A stretch of 64,000 bases of DNA, taken from assembly GCF_006345805.1 (NCBI RefSeq), contig NC_042998.1:128402001-128466000 (forward strand), given 5' to 3'. The notes beneath the pieces are model-generated. The model was not told the DNA's origin. It ran no database searches and saw only the letters and a program-made list of their open reading frames with translations. The DNA comes from Octopus sinensis (lineage: Eukaryota). Of this stretch, positions 15,568 to 31,305 are shown in pieces. Position 1 is the stretch's first letter, and each line of letters opens with the position of its first letter. The position numbers and the translations under genes are program-made.

Positions 15568-17919
15568 TAGTAATAGTTAAGATGATTAGTTTGTTTAAAA
15601 TTGATTGGGGTTTATATAAAATACAAAGAAAAGGAAATATCAATACATATATATATAGCGTTAGGAAGGGCATCTAACCATAGAAACCATACCGAAACAG
15701 ACATGGAGACTGAACAGCCCTTCAGCTGGTCAACACCTGTCAAACTGCCCAACCCATGCCAGTATGGAAAACAGACATCAAATGACATTATCAAAAAAAA
15801 AAAAGGATACTAACAAATAATTTGCTACAAATTTAGACTTTGTTATATAAATTTTTAAGGAAAGTATATTTTTATATATTGTATGACCAAATATTTGTCT
15901 CAAAACATTGTTTTAAATATGCAAAAATTTTATATGGTTAAATGTTTGTTAATCTACATCCATAAGGTATAGACTCAGTTGGTAGCTAACCTTTTAAATA
16001 AGAGTAGATAAACCACAAATGACCAATGCAGAGACAGTGGAAGCATTTCTGGAAAGTGTTATCAAAGAATTTTTCAGTAATAGCTAGATTTAATGGACTC
16101 ATTATACAGTATGTTCTCAATGCTAGTTTTTCTAGTTAGTCTATCACTTCTCTTTTTCCCCAGGAATGTTGCTATAACAAAGACTCCAACAAAACATTAC
16201 CCAAAGATAGGAAATAATTTTGTTTCTCATAGAATGTAACCAATGTTATTTAGTTTGAAAGTGATAACATGGTTCAAGATAAAAGATGCATTAAAGATAT
16301 GGTGGGAGGAGACACATAACTCTTCCTGGTGCAAACAGCTGACAAATTTCATTTTAACTTGGAAAAGATCAACTGTAAATACAGTTGATCCAGTAACACA
16401 TGAAAATTTGAATTAATAAACTACTCTAACAAGGTTTAGTTAAGAAAATGGATAAGAAATAGAACTAAATAAAAAAAATCCAAGAAGAAAAATTATTATA
16501 TTGATGAGGAAGATAGGAAGGGTGCCAATAATTTATATTTATCAAGGCTAGACAGGTTATGTTTATATGAATATTTACAAGTTACTGAAGTATTCATGAC
16601 TACTCTTTCTACTTTATCACATAGTGGAACAGATAGTTGCTATGAAGTAGAAAGTAGTCAGCACTGATAGAAAAATCATGATGATGTCACATAAATAAAA
16701 TGATGCCTAACTAGGTTGGACAGAAATTTTAAGATCAGTATTTTATTAAATCGTTAACTATCTGAACACACAGGCATGACAGTGTGGTTAAGAAGTTCAC
16801 AACCATATGGTTCAAGGTTTGGTCCCACTACACAGCACCTTAGTATCTTCTACTGGAGTCTTTGACTGACAAATACCTCTAAGTAGGATTTGTTACCAAA
16901 CTATGCAGAAGCCTATAATGTGTGTCCTTTTATAACTCGAAACTTAGTAGTAGTTCAACAAAGTTATCATTAAAATAAGAATGAGATTGAAATAAGTACT
17001 GGGGTCTATGCAATCAACTAAACCCTCAAAGGCAGTGCTCCAGTCCAATGACTACAACCAATTAAAATTTCTAACATACGCACAAATAGAAGAGGCTATT
17101 TGATAATTTATCAAACTTGAAAAAAAGGCAAAGATGACCTGCGTGATTTGACTTCAAATGTAAAGAACATAGCAAATACTGCAAAATCATCAGAGAATAG
17201 TTGCACTGTATTTTAAGATTTATGAATGAAGACATAAATATTTGTAAGAGTGGTATGGAATGGTAAGAAGTAATATAACACAACTGACAAGAAAGGGGTA
17301 TTTAGTGGAGGATGGACATTACATTGGTAAGAAGGGCATATGTTTTTCAGTTAAATGCACATGAGAATAAATTACTGTACCTTGCATCAGGTTCTGATGC
17401 AAAATGATTCCAACACATACATATCACTAAGTTCATTCAAGATGATGAACTACAGACCATAATATGGTCAACAGCTTAAAGTTTGTTAAAGAAACAATAT
17501 TATGCTACAAGGCAAGAAAGAAAAAAACATAACTCAGTATGCTGCAGTCCTTGCATTCACAAGGCAATGCAAGAACACCCAGCTGTATATGTCCTTTCTT
17601 CAGGATATAAACCTTTTGCTCATTTCAGTCATTAGACAACAGTCATGCTGGGGCACCACCTTGAAGGATGTAATCTAACAAATCAGTACCAAACTATCAG
17701 TTTCTTTTGCCAAATCTTTAAATTATGAGGACACAAACCAACACCAGTTGTTTGTGGGGCACGAACAGCCATTATGACAGGCTTCTACATTCCACAGTTT
17801 CCATATGCCAAATTCATTTACAAAACATTGTTCATCCCAGAGTTATAGCAAAAGACACTTGCCCAAGGTGCTGTGCAATGTGTCTGAACCTGAAACCACA
17901 TGGTTTTAAATAGGTACAA

Positions 17920-18290
17920 TGCAAATGTGGAGTGGCTGTGTGGAAAGTAGCTTGCTTACCAACCACATGGTTTCAGGTTCAGTCTCACTGCATGGCACCT
18001 TGGGCAACTATCTTCTACTATAGCCTCAAGCCAACCAAAGCCTTGAGTGGATTTGGTAGACGGAAGCTGAAAGAAACCCATTGTATACATATGTATGTAT
18101 GTGTGTGTATATGTTTGTGTGTCTGTGTTTGTCCCCCCACAACATCGCTTGACAACCAGTTCGGCAAAAGAGACTGATAGAATAAGTACTAGTTTGCAAA
18201 GAATACATCCTGGGGTAGACTTGCTCGACTACAGGCGATGCTCCAGCATGCCTGCAGTCAAATGACTGAAAGACGTAAAAGAAGAAAGAA
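17920..18290 (+). mobile_element. tRNA-headed SINE, same family, CpG-decayed; an inverted copy lies at about 17590-17905
   Basis: Same head, core and tail as 28563-28962. Confidence 0.8.
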
Positions 18291-18906
18291 TATATTATTT
18301 ACAATATATGTAACACGAGTAGTGGTTTCACATTTAGTAAAGTCAAACCAAATTTGAAACCCTCTCAGGCCAATGTTATCTCTAATCCTTTTGAGGAGAA
18401 TAAAATAAAGTAACAGTAATCTACTGTGGTAGATTCTATTGACTATGCTCTCTTCAAAAATGTGTAGCCTGCACCAATGTAAAGATAGAAATCAATATTA
18501 AGATTATATCATTATATAGCCCACCCAAAATGAAAATAAAATAAATAAGTCTAAATTTTATTGCTGGCTGCATTAGAAGTACAAAGAAAACTGGTAGATT
18601 ATGGGGGGGAAAAAAGCACAACTCCAAAAATACAGGCATAAAGTGCAGAGTCACGTGGAAACCCAGCAATTACTAGATCCTTCAATGTAGCTAGCCATAA
18701 TGACTTGGCAATACAATTATTGTATTAATATTTTATTAGCAAAAGGAAAACAGGAGAAAAATTAACAGTTTTCATGGTGTTAATCAGGAGGCTATACCGA
18801 CATTTTGGCAATGTTTCGGCAAAATGTGTTTGGTTGAATTCCAAACAAATTCTGTTCTCTTCATTACAACAAGTTTTTTTTTTCTTTCTTTTACATAAAG
18901 AAATTA

Positions 18907-18972
<66 letters not shown>

Positions 18973-21454
18973 TTCAGGTCACATTTATAGAATTGTTTAG
19001 TCCTAGGTCAGCCCTAATCAGGGAGATCTATTATCAAAGCTACAACAAACCATGATCATGCCTTTTATGAGAACAGTTCAGACTAGATTAGCCAATACGT
19101 TTTTTGGTGTGTTTTTTTTTTAAAGACTTTAGGAAAAGATGAGATTTAACTTATTTCTAGCAGGTGTACAATTTCAGATTGGCTCCACATTTGATTTGAT
19201 AAAATATAGCTATACAAGTAGGTAGAAGTAAAATAGCCAATTGGATACGCCTGATGTGCATGCTGATAACAGATTTAACCTTCAGCATTTGTATCACTAT
19301 ACCAAATGTAATATTTATCCACATTGGTTTGAATTAATCTTGCATTATATGGTAGCTTCAAGTTTTTAAATTCTGTGATTATTTTAAGAACAGTTTTTAT
19401 CTAGCAAATCTACTCTCAAGGTTTTGGTCAACTTAGATGAACAAAAAACAAGGTTGCAAGGGAAACTTTTTAACCACACAGTCAAAACTGTGCAAACATA
19501 TGTCTGTGTGTATTGGGTGAAACGTTTTAAGTTAATGTTGTCGATAAAGTTAATCATGTTCTTCCATAACTGTGTGTGTCTATGTGCAATGTAAATATTT
19601 ACCAAGCCCAAAGGGATTTTTAAGAGGAAGTACTTAACTTAAATTTCAAAACAACATGAACAATAAATATTTTCCCCAAAATGAACAAATATTATTGACA
19701 AGCTGAACTGGATGCAATGCTGTATATTATGTTCTGCACAGTCACACAAAGCAACCACAATGACTAACTCTCAAGTCTTATTTTCTGGACAATTTTAACC
19801 ATTCAGCCATCTACCACTGCTTTTAGTAGTACAACTCTATCCCTAACTTTTTACATGTCTGCAAACATAATAGACAAATACTAATGTGCCATAATTGCAC
19901 ACATCAATAAACTAAAGAGCATTCCTTGGTGGAACAGAATTCTACATCTACAAACTAGTTTAATATCACAAAAGCCAGTCAAAGTAAATCAATCTCTGCT
20001 TAAAAACCAGTTAATACCTTTCAAATATACTTGGTTCCTTGCCTAAACACTGAATTACAAGTCATTCAGCAGTTTAACTTCAGTTTGTTTTAACCAAAAA
20101 CTTTTACTGCAATGGAGAACAATTACTAACCAAAATAGACATTCTTGGAAACATTTTAACTAAATTACACAAAAGATATCCATGAAGCTCAATTACCCTT
20201 TAGCATTTAAACCAACCATATATGGCTCAAAATATTCTACCTGTTATATGTTTAAACCAGCCAGATCTGGCCTCTCGCACCTACCTGAAATATCGAAGCT
20301 ACAAGATAATGCCTGGTTAATTAAAAACAATGTGAATAAATGAGAATTACACTTGACAAAGCTATCTGAGCACATTTCCATTTCTGTCATAAACACACAT
20401 ATCTATTTCCTATTTTCTCCACTACTCATACACACACACATAGCTATTTCCTATTTTCTTCAACACTTATAAATACCCTATTTTTATCAATTTATCACAT
20501 GGCATTTAATCTAGGAAATGTTCAATTTTCCTCTCTATTACAATGCTTACTCAACCTACCCCACTTGCAATGTCTATTTCCCTCACATACAACATAAATT
20601 CAGAAGTACCACATAACACCAACAAAGCTTAACTCTTACTCCTGCTCCCATTTTGGCTATTACAAATCAATGCTTTCACTATTAATTCAAGCAGACACTT
20701 ATAAATAGTAACTAATAACAATGCTTACATTCATAACTCTTTTCTCTACTTACAACTTAAAAACACAGTTACAGTTGCATCTTTAAAAGATTGTTTTTAC
20801 TTTTATTTTGCTTTTCAATATTTATCTGGAAGAGCAACTAACTTCCTCTGCTAAATAACACTTGTGTTAACCTAAAGCATTATGACACACAACTGATGAC
20901 TTCATATACACTACTTTGCACACAAATACCATTACTCCACTGCCAACAACAACCTAAATATCTAACAATCAAGCCACTGCTTTTGTCTCATTTGTTTGCT
21001 TGGTTGATTGATTGATTATTGGTGTGTCTGCTCTTGTATGTCAGAAACTACTGAAGCTAGAAAATCAACATTATTTATTAACGATTACTAAGTGAAAAAT
21101 GTTTTTCAAACTTTGCTATTTTAGTAAATTATTTGCAAATTAAAAGTACACAGGCCAGTATTTGTCCAATAATGAAGTCTCATAGTGAAGTGTTCAACCA
21201 AAGCTTTATACAACTGCTAGCCAAAACCCCCAATATCAAACTTCTAGTCACCCTCTACAGTACTGATTATTAGACCATAATAACATGACAGAGATCTTTA
21301 CCTTTAGACCTACAGATTTAAAAAATAACTTTTTGTAACTAAACACTTTCAAACTAACTTCGGACACTGGTAGAATGTGACATATAAAACATGTTTTACT
21401 CCTAGCAATTTTGAGAAAAACTTATATCAATTTGTTCAAAACACCAGGTTAATA

Positions 21455-21600
21455 ATAACCATTGCTGCCATGAGGCCCAACAGTCAAAGATCATGCTTCC
21501 CCAGCTCAACCCGTGTCTTCTTGGGTTTACCTCTTCGACAGGTTCCCTCCAGAGTTTGGTACTTCTTCCCACAGTTGTCCTCATCCATATGCATGAAAGG
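21455..21600 (-). mobile_element. Short decayed RTE-type 3' fragment
   Basis: Weak similarity of the minus-strand translation to the RTE C-terminal GRP..W region. Confidence 0.35.
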
Positions 21601-22751
21601 TATAAAGTAACTACATTGCAAGGACAAAAAAAGTTCTCTGTTTGGATCTGCTAAGTAGTGAAGCTATGTTGCTGTCTACATTAGTGCAAGCCAGTTGAGC
21701 AGCATTTACAAATATTACCATTCACAGACATCATAGTTGCCAATGTCATGATGTTAACAATACTTCAGTGTTTGATTGATTACACTCCAACTGTTTACAA
21801 AAAGTGATGTTCAAAGCTAACAAGATTTATAGCTATTTACTTTCCTGTAGATCATAGTCATTTTCTGGGGTTGTATTCTTAGGTTATTTTAAAATAAGTA
21901 GCAGTCTGATATATGAATAGAGATATTCAGTTGAATAAGGTGTTGGGAGGAAAAGGACACTTTGTAACAACAGCTTCCTTGGATAAACTCTTTATAGTAA
22001 GACTACAGTTAGACTTGCCAAAAATTGTATTTAAATTTTCTTTTAAGGTACATTTTATTTCATTAATTTATTCTCATAGATTTCCCCCCCTCTCAAAAGA
22101 TGTTTAGACAACTTTCAAGTTCATAAAGAAAAGAAAATATGAAATGACTCAAAAGATATTTTCACATGGAAAGTGGAAGAAGGATACATTACTTTTAGAG
22201 TTAAGATATGTTTGTTCATTTCATCAAATGTAGCTATAACTTTTGTACAACTGTCATTAAAATGAGTCTGGAAAGTATTTATTCACATCCAAAAATGCAG
22301 TCTCACGGTGAAGTAAAGCCATAGTCATATATGGTTCTTTACCTCTGCATAACCCAAGCTTCCTGCATCAAACTGGAAGCCATGTTGAACAATATTTATC
22401 ACATTGGTTGAGTCACATGGCACACCAAACATATAAAACATGAGCTACAACACCATTATTGCAAGAACAAGCAATAGGTTTTATATGTAACAAAAAATCA
22501 ATTTCATGACAGAAGGTAGTGGAAATAAGTTCACACACACACACAGGTACATTGCTGGGCAATGTATATTCAAATAATGACCACTAATATTTGTTAGAAG
22601 TGGTTGCTCACACTGAATATCAGCATACTAGCCTATTTTAGTGGTGCATGAAATAAACCCTCTTAAATTGAAGAATTGTTTAGTCTCAAGTCAACTAACT
22701 GAACAAAGGCAAACCAGCCACATTATTCCTATCCCACTTTTTTTTTATCTA

Positions 22752-22787
<36 letters not shown>

Positions 22788-24664
22788 GCTTCCTTTGTTT
22801 TTCAAATGAAAGGTGTGATCTGCTGCTATTTCATGTAGGTCAAGTGAATATAAAGCTCCCACTTTGACTTAAAGACTTATGATAATCAGGTGTGTGTGTG
22901 AGAGAGAGAGAGACAGACAGACAGACAGAGACATAATATGAATTGTTATTTAGAAGTTACATGAAATACTCCTAATGTAAAGCAAAAGGAATTTTAGGTA
23001 GTCAATAGCTTTCAGTTTGCTTTCATATTCTTTTACTAGTTTAAAATTATGGGCTGTGCCATGCTGGAACATTGTCATCATTTATATTTTTGGTGGAGTG
23101 GGAAATTTTTGAACTGAAATGGAAACTAAATTAGCTACCTGACAGAAATTTGTACTCATCAAATTCATAAACATCAAAAGTGAATCACAGATTAAGTTTA
23201 TAGAGAACTCAACACTATGTGTGTATCAGCATTACAATAAATGTCTACTTTCAGATTTTTTAAAGTTAACATCATATCAAGTATGTTCAAAGAGAATCTT
23301 GATGGGAGTTAAAAGTACATATTAAATAAGAAAGTGCAAAGAATAAGAGCAATTTAATAAACCAGCAGCTTAGGAGTTAAATCTTTAGGTCTATGTATGA
23401 AGGACTTATAGAAATTTGTAAAAACCCAGATGGTAGTTTAGGGTTAATAATGAAATGCAAAATTTACATAGCATATTGATTTAATACTTTTGATATCAAC
23501 CCACCTGAAACAGCTCTTAGCAACAAGGTGATCTAAATTGAAGTTTTCCATAAAAATATCAAAAATTCATGTTAATATGTTTCAAATCATTGAAGTCATT
23601 CTACACTTCATTATCTTCAAAATTAACTAAAACAAAGGCAGTATATTTCAAAAGAAATAAGCGAAAAGGGTAATATATGTAAAAATACATCTAAAAAAAC
23701 AATTTAAAATGTACTTAGGAAGTTTCTACAGCAAGACTAAATATTTTGGCTACAGTCCAATGTCTGAGACCAGTAAAAAAAATATCAAAATTAATTTGTA
23801 CACTGTTATAATTTTAATTAGCAAAGGAGAAAAAATTCTTTACATGTCTACTTCATCTGTTCACTCAACTCTTAAATCTACTTTATTTCATTACGTCTGT
23901 TTACCTTCATCTACCCTACAAGCATTATGAAAGCCTCTCCCTCAGAGCTCCACATGTTCATTCATACCAACTATATAAAATAGTGGATATCTCTTATGGA
24001 TGTCTTCAATTACATTGAACTTAATCTCTCGCACATCCCAAATAACACATATTCATTCCACTTTAGACATCTTGAGTCTCTTGGTGAAATTTACAATGTA
24101 CTTGATCAAGAGATTCCAAATCAAACAGAAATTATAATTGCCATTTTCACATAAACTATTGAAATTCAAGCTATAATCTGACACTTCATATAGAAGAATT
24201 GACATCAAAATTTTCTGTTTGTCATTCAATGCCTTAACATGAATACAAAGTTATTCAAACAAAACGAATGAATAAATATATATATATTTCTGTGTATGTA
24301 TTTATATATATCTTCTCAACTTAGGAATTTGTATGTCCTAAATATCTGCAACAATTAGCCCCTGCCTAATACTTATCTCTTGTGCATATAATTAAGGAAC
24401 TTTTACAAAGCACTCACTCTAAGAATCTTGCCACTTGCTATATCTATTTAATTTATAGAAATTAGGTTCAGTCTAACCACACTGCATTAAACAAGCAGGT
24501 TATCTCAAAGCAGACAGACTTTACATGACAACTGCTTGACATTAAATACCACATCTGTTCATGCCTTGAAAACTGCTGTGCTGCTCAGCTAATTTCAACT
24601 AATTAGAGCTATTCAAATTAAACAACAACTGTACTCATCTCACTCACCCACCCACCTTTATACA

Positions 24665-24970
24665 TTCTATTCCTTCCTATACAATTTATAAACACAACTA
24701 TTCCTCTCTAAATGATCTCAGATTTCAGTAATACAAAACCATGTTATAAAAATAAAATTCAAATTTTATTACTTTTTTTTTTATTACTATCCATTCTTTT
24801 ACTTCATAACATCACTAGTCTCACTCACCAAACTTTAAACATTTCTACTGCTATGCAATTTATAGGCAACTCTCCCTCTCTGAATGATCACAAATTCCAA
24901 TTATACAAACTACAAAGTTAAAATAAAATCAAAATTTTATTCATTTTTTTTTATAACTATATATTTTACT
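24665..24970 (+). repeat. Degenerate ~174-bp tandem duplication
   Basis: caatttata...aatgatc...aaaataaaat.caaaattttatt recurs with 174-bp offset. Confidence 0.6.
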
Positions 24971-27900
24971 CTGCCAGAGTATGAGCTTCATTTTTCAAGT
25001 GGAAAAGGAGAAACTGTTTTCGCAGGAGTGGAAGCTGCTTTTGTCAGTCATGCAAACTAAAGCACATGAATCTCTCCAAATCATCCCTGATTTAATAAAG
25101 CTATGATCAAACGTTCTCCTGCTTGATCATCCTGTGTTTTACATTGTTTTTTCCAGATATTGCATAACTAATACTACACAATTCAAAATAGTTGTAGAAA
25201 TTCTTTTTAAGATAGGAAGACATCTGGTTGCTCAACTTGCTATTGTATATAGAAAAGAATTATATGCACAACAAAATGAACTTCTTTTCTGTAAAACACT
25301 AAAGACCTATGAAACAAATCAAGGCTATTATTTTACACACTAGAAAATTTAATGAGGGAAAAACCTAGTGAAAAGATGGCAGCTCTGCTGATTCAAATAC
25401 TGAGGTAAGAACCTAGCTATGGGTCTCCAAAACCAACATTGTTTTCATTCAGTTTGGGCAACTGGAGAATAGTAGCTGCTCCCTACTGATGTTTGGAAAC
25501 ATGATAAATGAAACCACTGGACATTAGTTTATGTGTAGTTATTGATAAAATCAGAAGCCAATACTATCACCTTTATGAAAACAAGTCCTACCACTATCCT
25601 TAAAGGAGACAAGGTCACTCACAATGTCATCTTTTCTGTTACAATGCAAGAGAAGTTTCAGGTGTGAATAAGCCATAAATAAGTCATGTATCTCAAAACT
25701 TATATACCCACAGCTAACCAAATGATTCAAAAATCAATATTATGAAACCTTTCCAGTAAATGCCACATTTACCAAAATTTGGTTGGTTTTCTAAATATTT
25801 TATTTATGGCACAGATCATTAACTGTGCAGCAAGAAAATAGAATGGAAGGGATATCTCAATCATAACAGAATTTTAAGCACTAAATAGTTTACACTGGCT
25901 GTACTAAATTAGATAGAAGAGGAAATACAAAATCTGCAAGATAATATAAACATAACCTATACATAACATTATGTAGTTAAATATAGGTCTCCAAGGGGAA
26001 GTTTCTTTAATTTCCAGAATTTCATAGAAAAAGTGTGTGAAGAAAGCTATTAATGAACAATAAATATTCACAGGCCTTGTTAAGCAGCATTTTTTTTTAA
26101 GGATTAATCATCATAGCATTCAAGCTAAATTTGTATTTGTCTTATGAAACGGATTTTCTTTTTTTATAGTTTAGTCTCATCAAATGCATTCAAGCCATGA
26201 ATATTCTCCATTCTGTATTTAGAGGGAAATCTAGGACTCCATTGTCTAAGGCAACTCCTATTTCTCACAAGTGGAGCAATCATTTAGACAGCTAGAGACT
26301 CCCTCATTAGCTGGTAATTTGTATAAGCGTATTTCCATTGTGTAGTAGGTTAGACGAAAAATACAAATAGAATCATTTACATAAATTGCTAGAGCAGCCT
26401 AAAAACTGGCTGCTTTATTTTAAAAATTCCAAGCAATCTACCGTGAAGTAATAATGAATCCTATTTTCCGGATAGCTTGACTAATAAACACTTTTGATAG
26501 CAACCTGTTTGACTTATTACCATTACACCTGTCTTAAAAACTACACACTTAAAAAGTCTTAATCAAAATCTCATTATTACGTAAATGATAATCCAGAATT
26601 TCTGTAGGTTAAACAGTTCTATTACATTTGTGTACATGAATTTCTTTATAGCTTATATTCTTCATACCAGTTTAATACACTAACAAAAAAATTTATTTTA
26701 CTAAATCTTCTCAAATTCTAACTTATTTTTAAAATAGAGAGATTAGAGTGTTTTCTTATAAGAAAGTATGTTTATAAAACAGTTAAATGCACAAACAGCA
26801 ACAATACAAATCAAACCCCTGAACTTCAAATCAATAACACAATCTTATATTGATGGTTGTGTGACCAAAGTAAATAATAAACACAAACCTGTTTGAGGGA
26901 GGTTAGAAATAGAAACTAAATCTCCGAAATCACAGATAAAATAGTTCCACAAACCCTTTGAAAAAAACAAGCATTATTGTGGTTTTCACATGTCTGCAAA
27001 GTGCATCTTTTTTATATTCAGTAATCTCTGAATAAATATTGTATTAAATATCCACCTTGACATCCTTACTACCATCAACCAATTTCACATCACCTAAGAC
27101 TTTTCAGTAAAACTCTTTTCCTCTTCATATACCCAGAGGAGCCCCAAGTATATATATCTTCAGATGAATTAGGTACTTATGTTGAGGTTTTAGGTAAAAT
27201 TATACTAATGAGTCCATCTGTTTTAATTTAATTCTATGCCTTTATGCAGCTGAGGATTGCTCTGCATTTAAATTGATGTAATGATTGCATTGTTCAATTA
27301 AATGGAGTTGCTTGAAACGATCATACTGCAAATACCTCTCTGGATATCCTTGTTGCTTATTTTGATTATATATATTCCTTATATTGACATATCTAAGTTA
27401 CAAAAAAAGGATAGGGACTATTGATCACAGGGTTACAGATTCAAACTTAACTAAAGTCATTTTGTTATAGACAAAGCAAACATTGATTTTAATCAGCACA
27501 CTTTTCATACATTTAGATATTTATAAAAAAAAAATTTATGGCTGGACGCCTTTCCTAATACCAATCACTTTACAGAGTGTATTGGGTACTTTTTCATGCT
27601 GCCAGCTCTACCAAAATCACAGAGTAACCTGCAAGACAAGACTCCTTGATTGAGGGAATGTAATATTGAGGGAGCTAGCTTATGCCAGATGTTGAGAGGC
27701 AAGAGTATGATAGAAAGGTAAGAAAAGATGTCTTACTGTAGGGAAGCTACAGGGCTACTCCAGTTAGAAAAGGAAAGAGGATGGTGGTAAGAGTTGTCAG
27801 GAAATATCCTCAAGGTACGTTTTGTACTTATATTCTTGCACACACAAATTTGTAGATGCAGAATGGCTAAATGGTTAAGTGCACTTTACAATTATGAAGT

Positions 27901-28562
27901 CCCAGTTCCAATCTCACTGTATGGGATACTGGATAAATGTCATCTATAAGGGTTAGGGTAGAAGCTCATCAGATGGATTGTACTTGTAACTCAAAGGTCC
28001 AGCCTTGTCACACTGTGTCAAACTGAACCTACCTGAGAATTACATTAAGGGTACATGTGTCTGTGGTATGATAGTTTACTTGATTGAAAAAATGAACACT
28101 AGCAGTCAGAATTCTAACCAAAATCTATTATTCTTACATCCTTATTATGTGTGTGACCAATCAGTACAACATCAGAGAGATTATTCCGTGATAATCATTC
28201 TGGATCTCAGTGCTAAGAGGTTAAGTTTGCTTTTCATCCTGTCAGACTCAATAAACAAAGTACAGACTCTGTACTAGGGTCAATTCTTCTTCTTCACTTT
28301 CTTTGTGTATCGGCCTGGTGTGAAAAAATGTTCATGACACTATATGCTATGACGACTGCAACAAGAAGCTGAGAGCCCAAAGCAAGGTATGTATCATCAT
28401 CTCATCATCACCATTCAAAGTCTGCCCTCCATGCTATTATGGGTTGGACAGTTTGATATGGAGCTGTCCAGACTCCAACTGTCTGTTTGTGGCATGGTTT
28501 CTACAGCTGGATGCCCTTCCTAACGCTATATATATATATATATATTACATATATACACACAC

Positions 28563-28962
28563 AGGAGGCGCAGGAGTGGCTGTGTGGTAAGTAGCTTGCT
28601 ACCAACCACAGGCTCCGGTTTCAGTCCCACTGCGTGGCATCTTGGGCAAGTGTCTTCTGCTATAGCCCCGGGCCGACCAATGCCTTGTGAGTGGATTGGA
28701 GACGAAACTGAAAGAAGCTGTCGTATATATGTGTATATATATATATATGTGTGTAATGTGTGTGTATTTGTGTGTTTGTTCCCCCTAGCATTGCTTGACA
28801 ACCGTCTGGCGTGTTTGTTACGTCCCCGTCACTTAGCGGTTCGGCAAAAGAGACCGTAGAATAGTACTGGGCTTACAAAGAATAAGTCCCGGGTTCGATT
28901 TGCTCGACTAAAGGCGGTGCTCCAGCATGGCCGCAGTCAAATGACCGAAACAAGTAAAAAGA
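28563..28962 (+). mobile_element. tRNA-headed SINE, well preserved
   Basis: A-box-like tggctgtgtggtaa, B-box-like ggtttcagtccc, ttgggcaagtgtcttc core, central (TA/TG)n, tail ggtgctccagcatggccgcagtcaaatgac; multiple copies in the window. Confidence 0.85.
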
Positions 28963-29178
28963 AAGACACACACACACACATATATATATGGATCAAAACA
29001 GTTTGATTCAAATTCTGGTACTCTTGAGTTTCAAGCACGATGCTGACAAGAAATGGCTGAGGACTAGCATCAAGCTTGAAACTCGGGAGTATCAACGAAT
29101 TTGAATCAAATTGTTTTGATCCATACATGTAACTACCAAGAAAATTGGTAGGGTGCCCTTCTTTCGTTTGTCCACTCA

Positions 29179-29257
<79 letters not shown>

Positions 29258-30759
29258 GGGTGGCTGGTGTTAGGAAGGGTGTCCAGCCGTAAAAACCATG
29301 CCGAAAACAGATACTGAGGTTTGGTACCCTTCTGCCTAACCAGCTCCTGCCAAACCGTTCAAATCCACGCCAGCATGGAAAGCGAACGTTAACTCATGAT
29401 GATGATACACACCACACACACATACATACATACACAAATATATGACTTTCGACACAAGGTGTTCGTGTACATATACAACACGGAGAAGTGTATGCACTCA
29501 AGTTGCAGTTTGAAAATAGCAAGCTTTCTCACAATAACACGTCTTTAAGAAAACCTACAATGATGTTGAGAGGAGGAAATAAGAGACGAAAGGGTATATG
29601 TTTGTAGATGCATGGGAAAACGTGCCAAATATGGTAGAAAACGTGAATTATTACAATTGAGACAAGGTAACTAACATAACAAAGGGAAGTTCATTGTGAT
29701 GTAATAGCATTCTAATAAAAAAAAACATAAACCCATATCTGAACTATCGACACGATTATATATATATACATACACACTATCTCCCTACCTACCCAATGAA
29801 GAATGCTCAAGCTACCGCAAACCATTCTGTTCCATGACAATGTCACACGAGCTTATCACGACAGTCTTTGCATGTAAGTGTGCATTTGTTTTTCAAGAGG
29901 AGAGAGCGACTTTGAGTACTTAGCTGAAGTGCGTGCACATATGCATATATGAAGTACATTAAATCTCACAAGTTACCTGTAATTAATTTAATGTACATGG
30001 TGAACAAAGAGCTAGGCCTGTCGTAAATGCACTTGGAAGTGTCATGAACATAGGTTTCACATTATTTTCTTCGTCGCGACGATCATACCATTTTAAAGCA
30101 ATGCCGGTAACATCCCTAAAATCCGCCATAACTACATTAAGGAAATCCAAAATACTAAATATATCCGTTTGATTTTCAAAAAATAAACCAATAAAATAAA
30201 TTTCTCCAATATAGTGGTTAAAATTCGAAAGAAATAAAAGCCAAACTTATACTTCAACACAATTTTCCCCCATTTCTAACGGGCATAAGGTAGTAAAAAA
30301 TAAGTCAATTTCTATCTATATATACCTAATGATTTTTACGAAATAACTTCGGAGTTTTAAAGCCGAACTTTTTCTTCGATATCAACGGATGGATAGATAT
30401 ATCAGTGCCCCCCCACACACACACACACGTATATATAATGAGATGGTGTAGTTGAGCTAAACGAAATAAAAAGAAAGCAGCACCCAACTGCAGTAGTTTG
30501 TATAGGGTGATACTTAAAACTATGGTGGCAAAATTATGTAATTATGTTTACAAAACATACAGCGATTAGTCTTTACGAAAAAAAGAATGTTCTCATAAGT
30601 ATAGTGAACACATGTATATAAAACTCGATTTCTGACGGCAAGGTATTTCGACTAGACTGTTAATCACATTGTTAGAATAAATCGTAGGATTTCATAAAAT
30701 ACTGTTTAATGCACAAAATATTTCTGAGAAACAACGGACACACATAATGGTTTCTCTAT

Positions 30760-30791
<32 letters not shown>

Positions 30792-30800
30792 ATATATATA

Positions 30801-31305
30801 GGCATACCTACATAAGTGTGCCCCTGACTTTGTTTCCTCATAACTTTCGGAAAAATTGATAATTTTTAATTAATTTTTTACAAGTACGTTTTAGATGGCG
30901 TAGATTCCGATTATAAGGGGAAATTGCAAAAATAGAGTTTCGAAATATTCACCCGAATGGCTTTGTTTCCTCATAACTTTCAGAAAAATTTATATTTTTT
31001 AATGATATTTTCTACAAATATTTTAAGATTGTGTAGATTCTTGTATAATTTACACACTCTGAAAGATATTTAAAGAAAATTTCATTAAAAAATATTAATT
31101 TTTCTGAAAGTCATGTGGAGACAAAGCGACTCATGTGAATTTTCTGAAATTCCTCTCCCTACTCCGGGAAAAATTTCTTTTCACAAAAAATTTCCGATTT
31201 TATCGGAATCTATCCTATCTGAAGTGTATTTGTGGGAAATTTCATTAAAAAAATTTTTCTGTAAGTTATGAGGAAACAAAGTTGGAGGCGCACTTGTGTC
31301 GGCAG
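30801..31305. mobile_element. MITE with long, internally repeated TIRs
   Basis: gactttgtttcctcataactttc ... gtaagttatgaggaaacaaagtt inverted termini, in TA-rich flanks. Confidence 0.75.
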
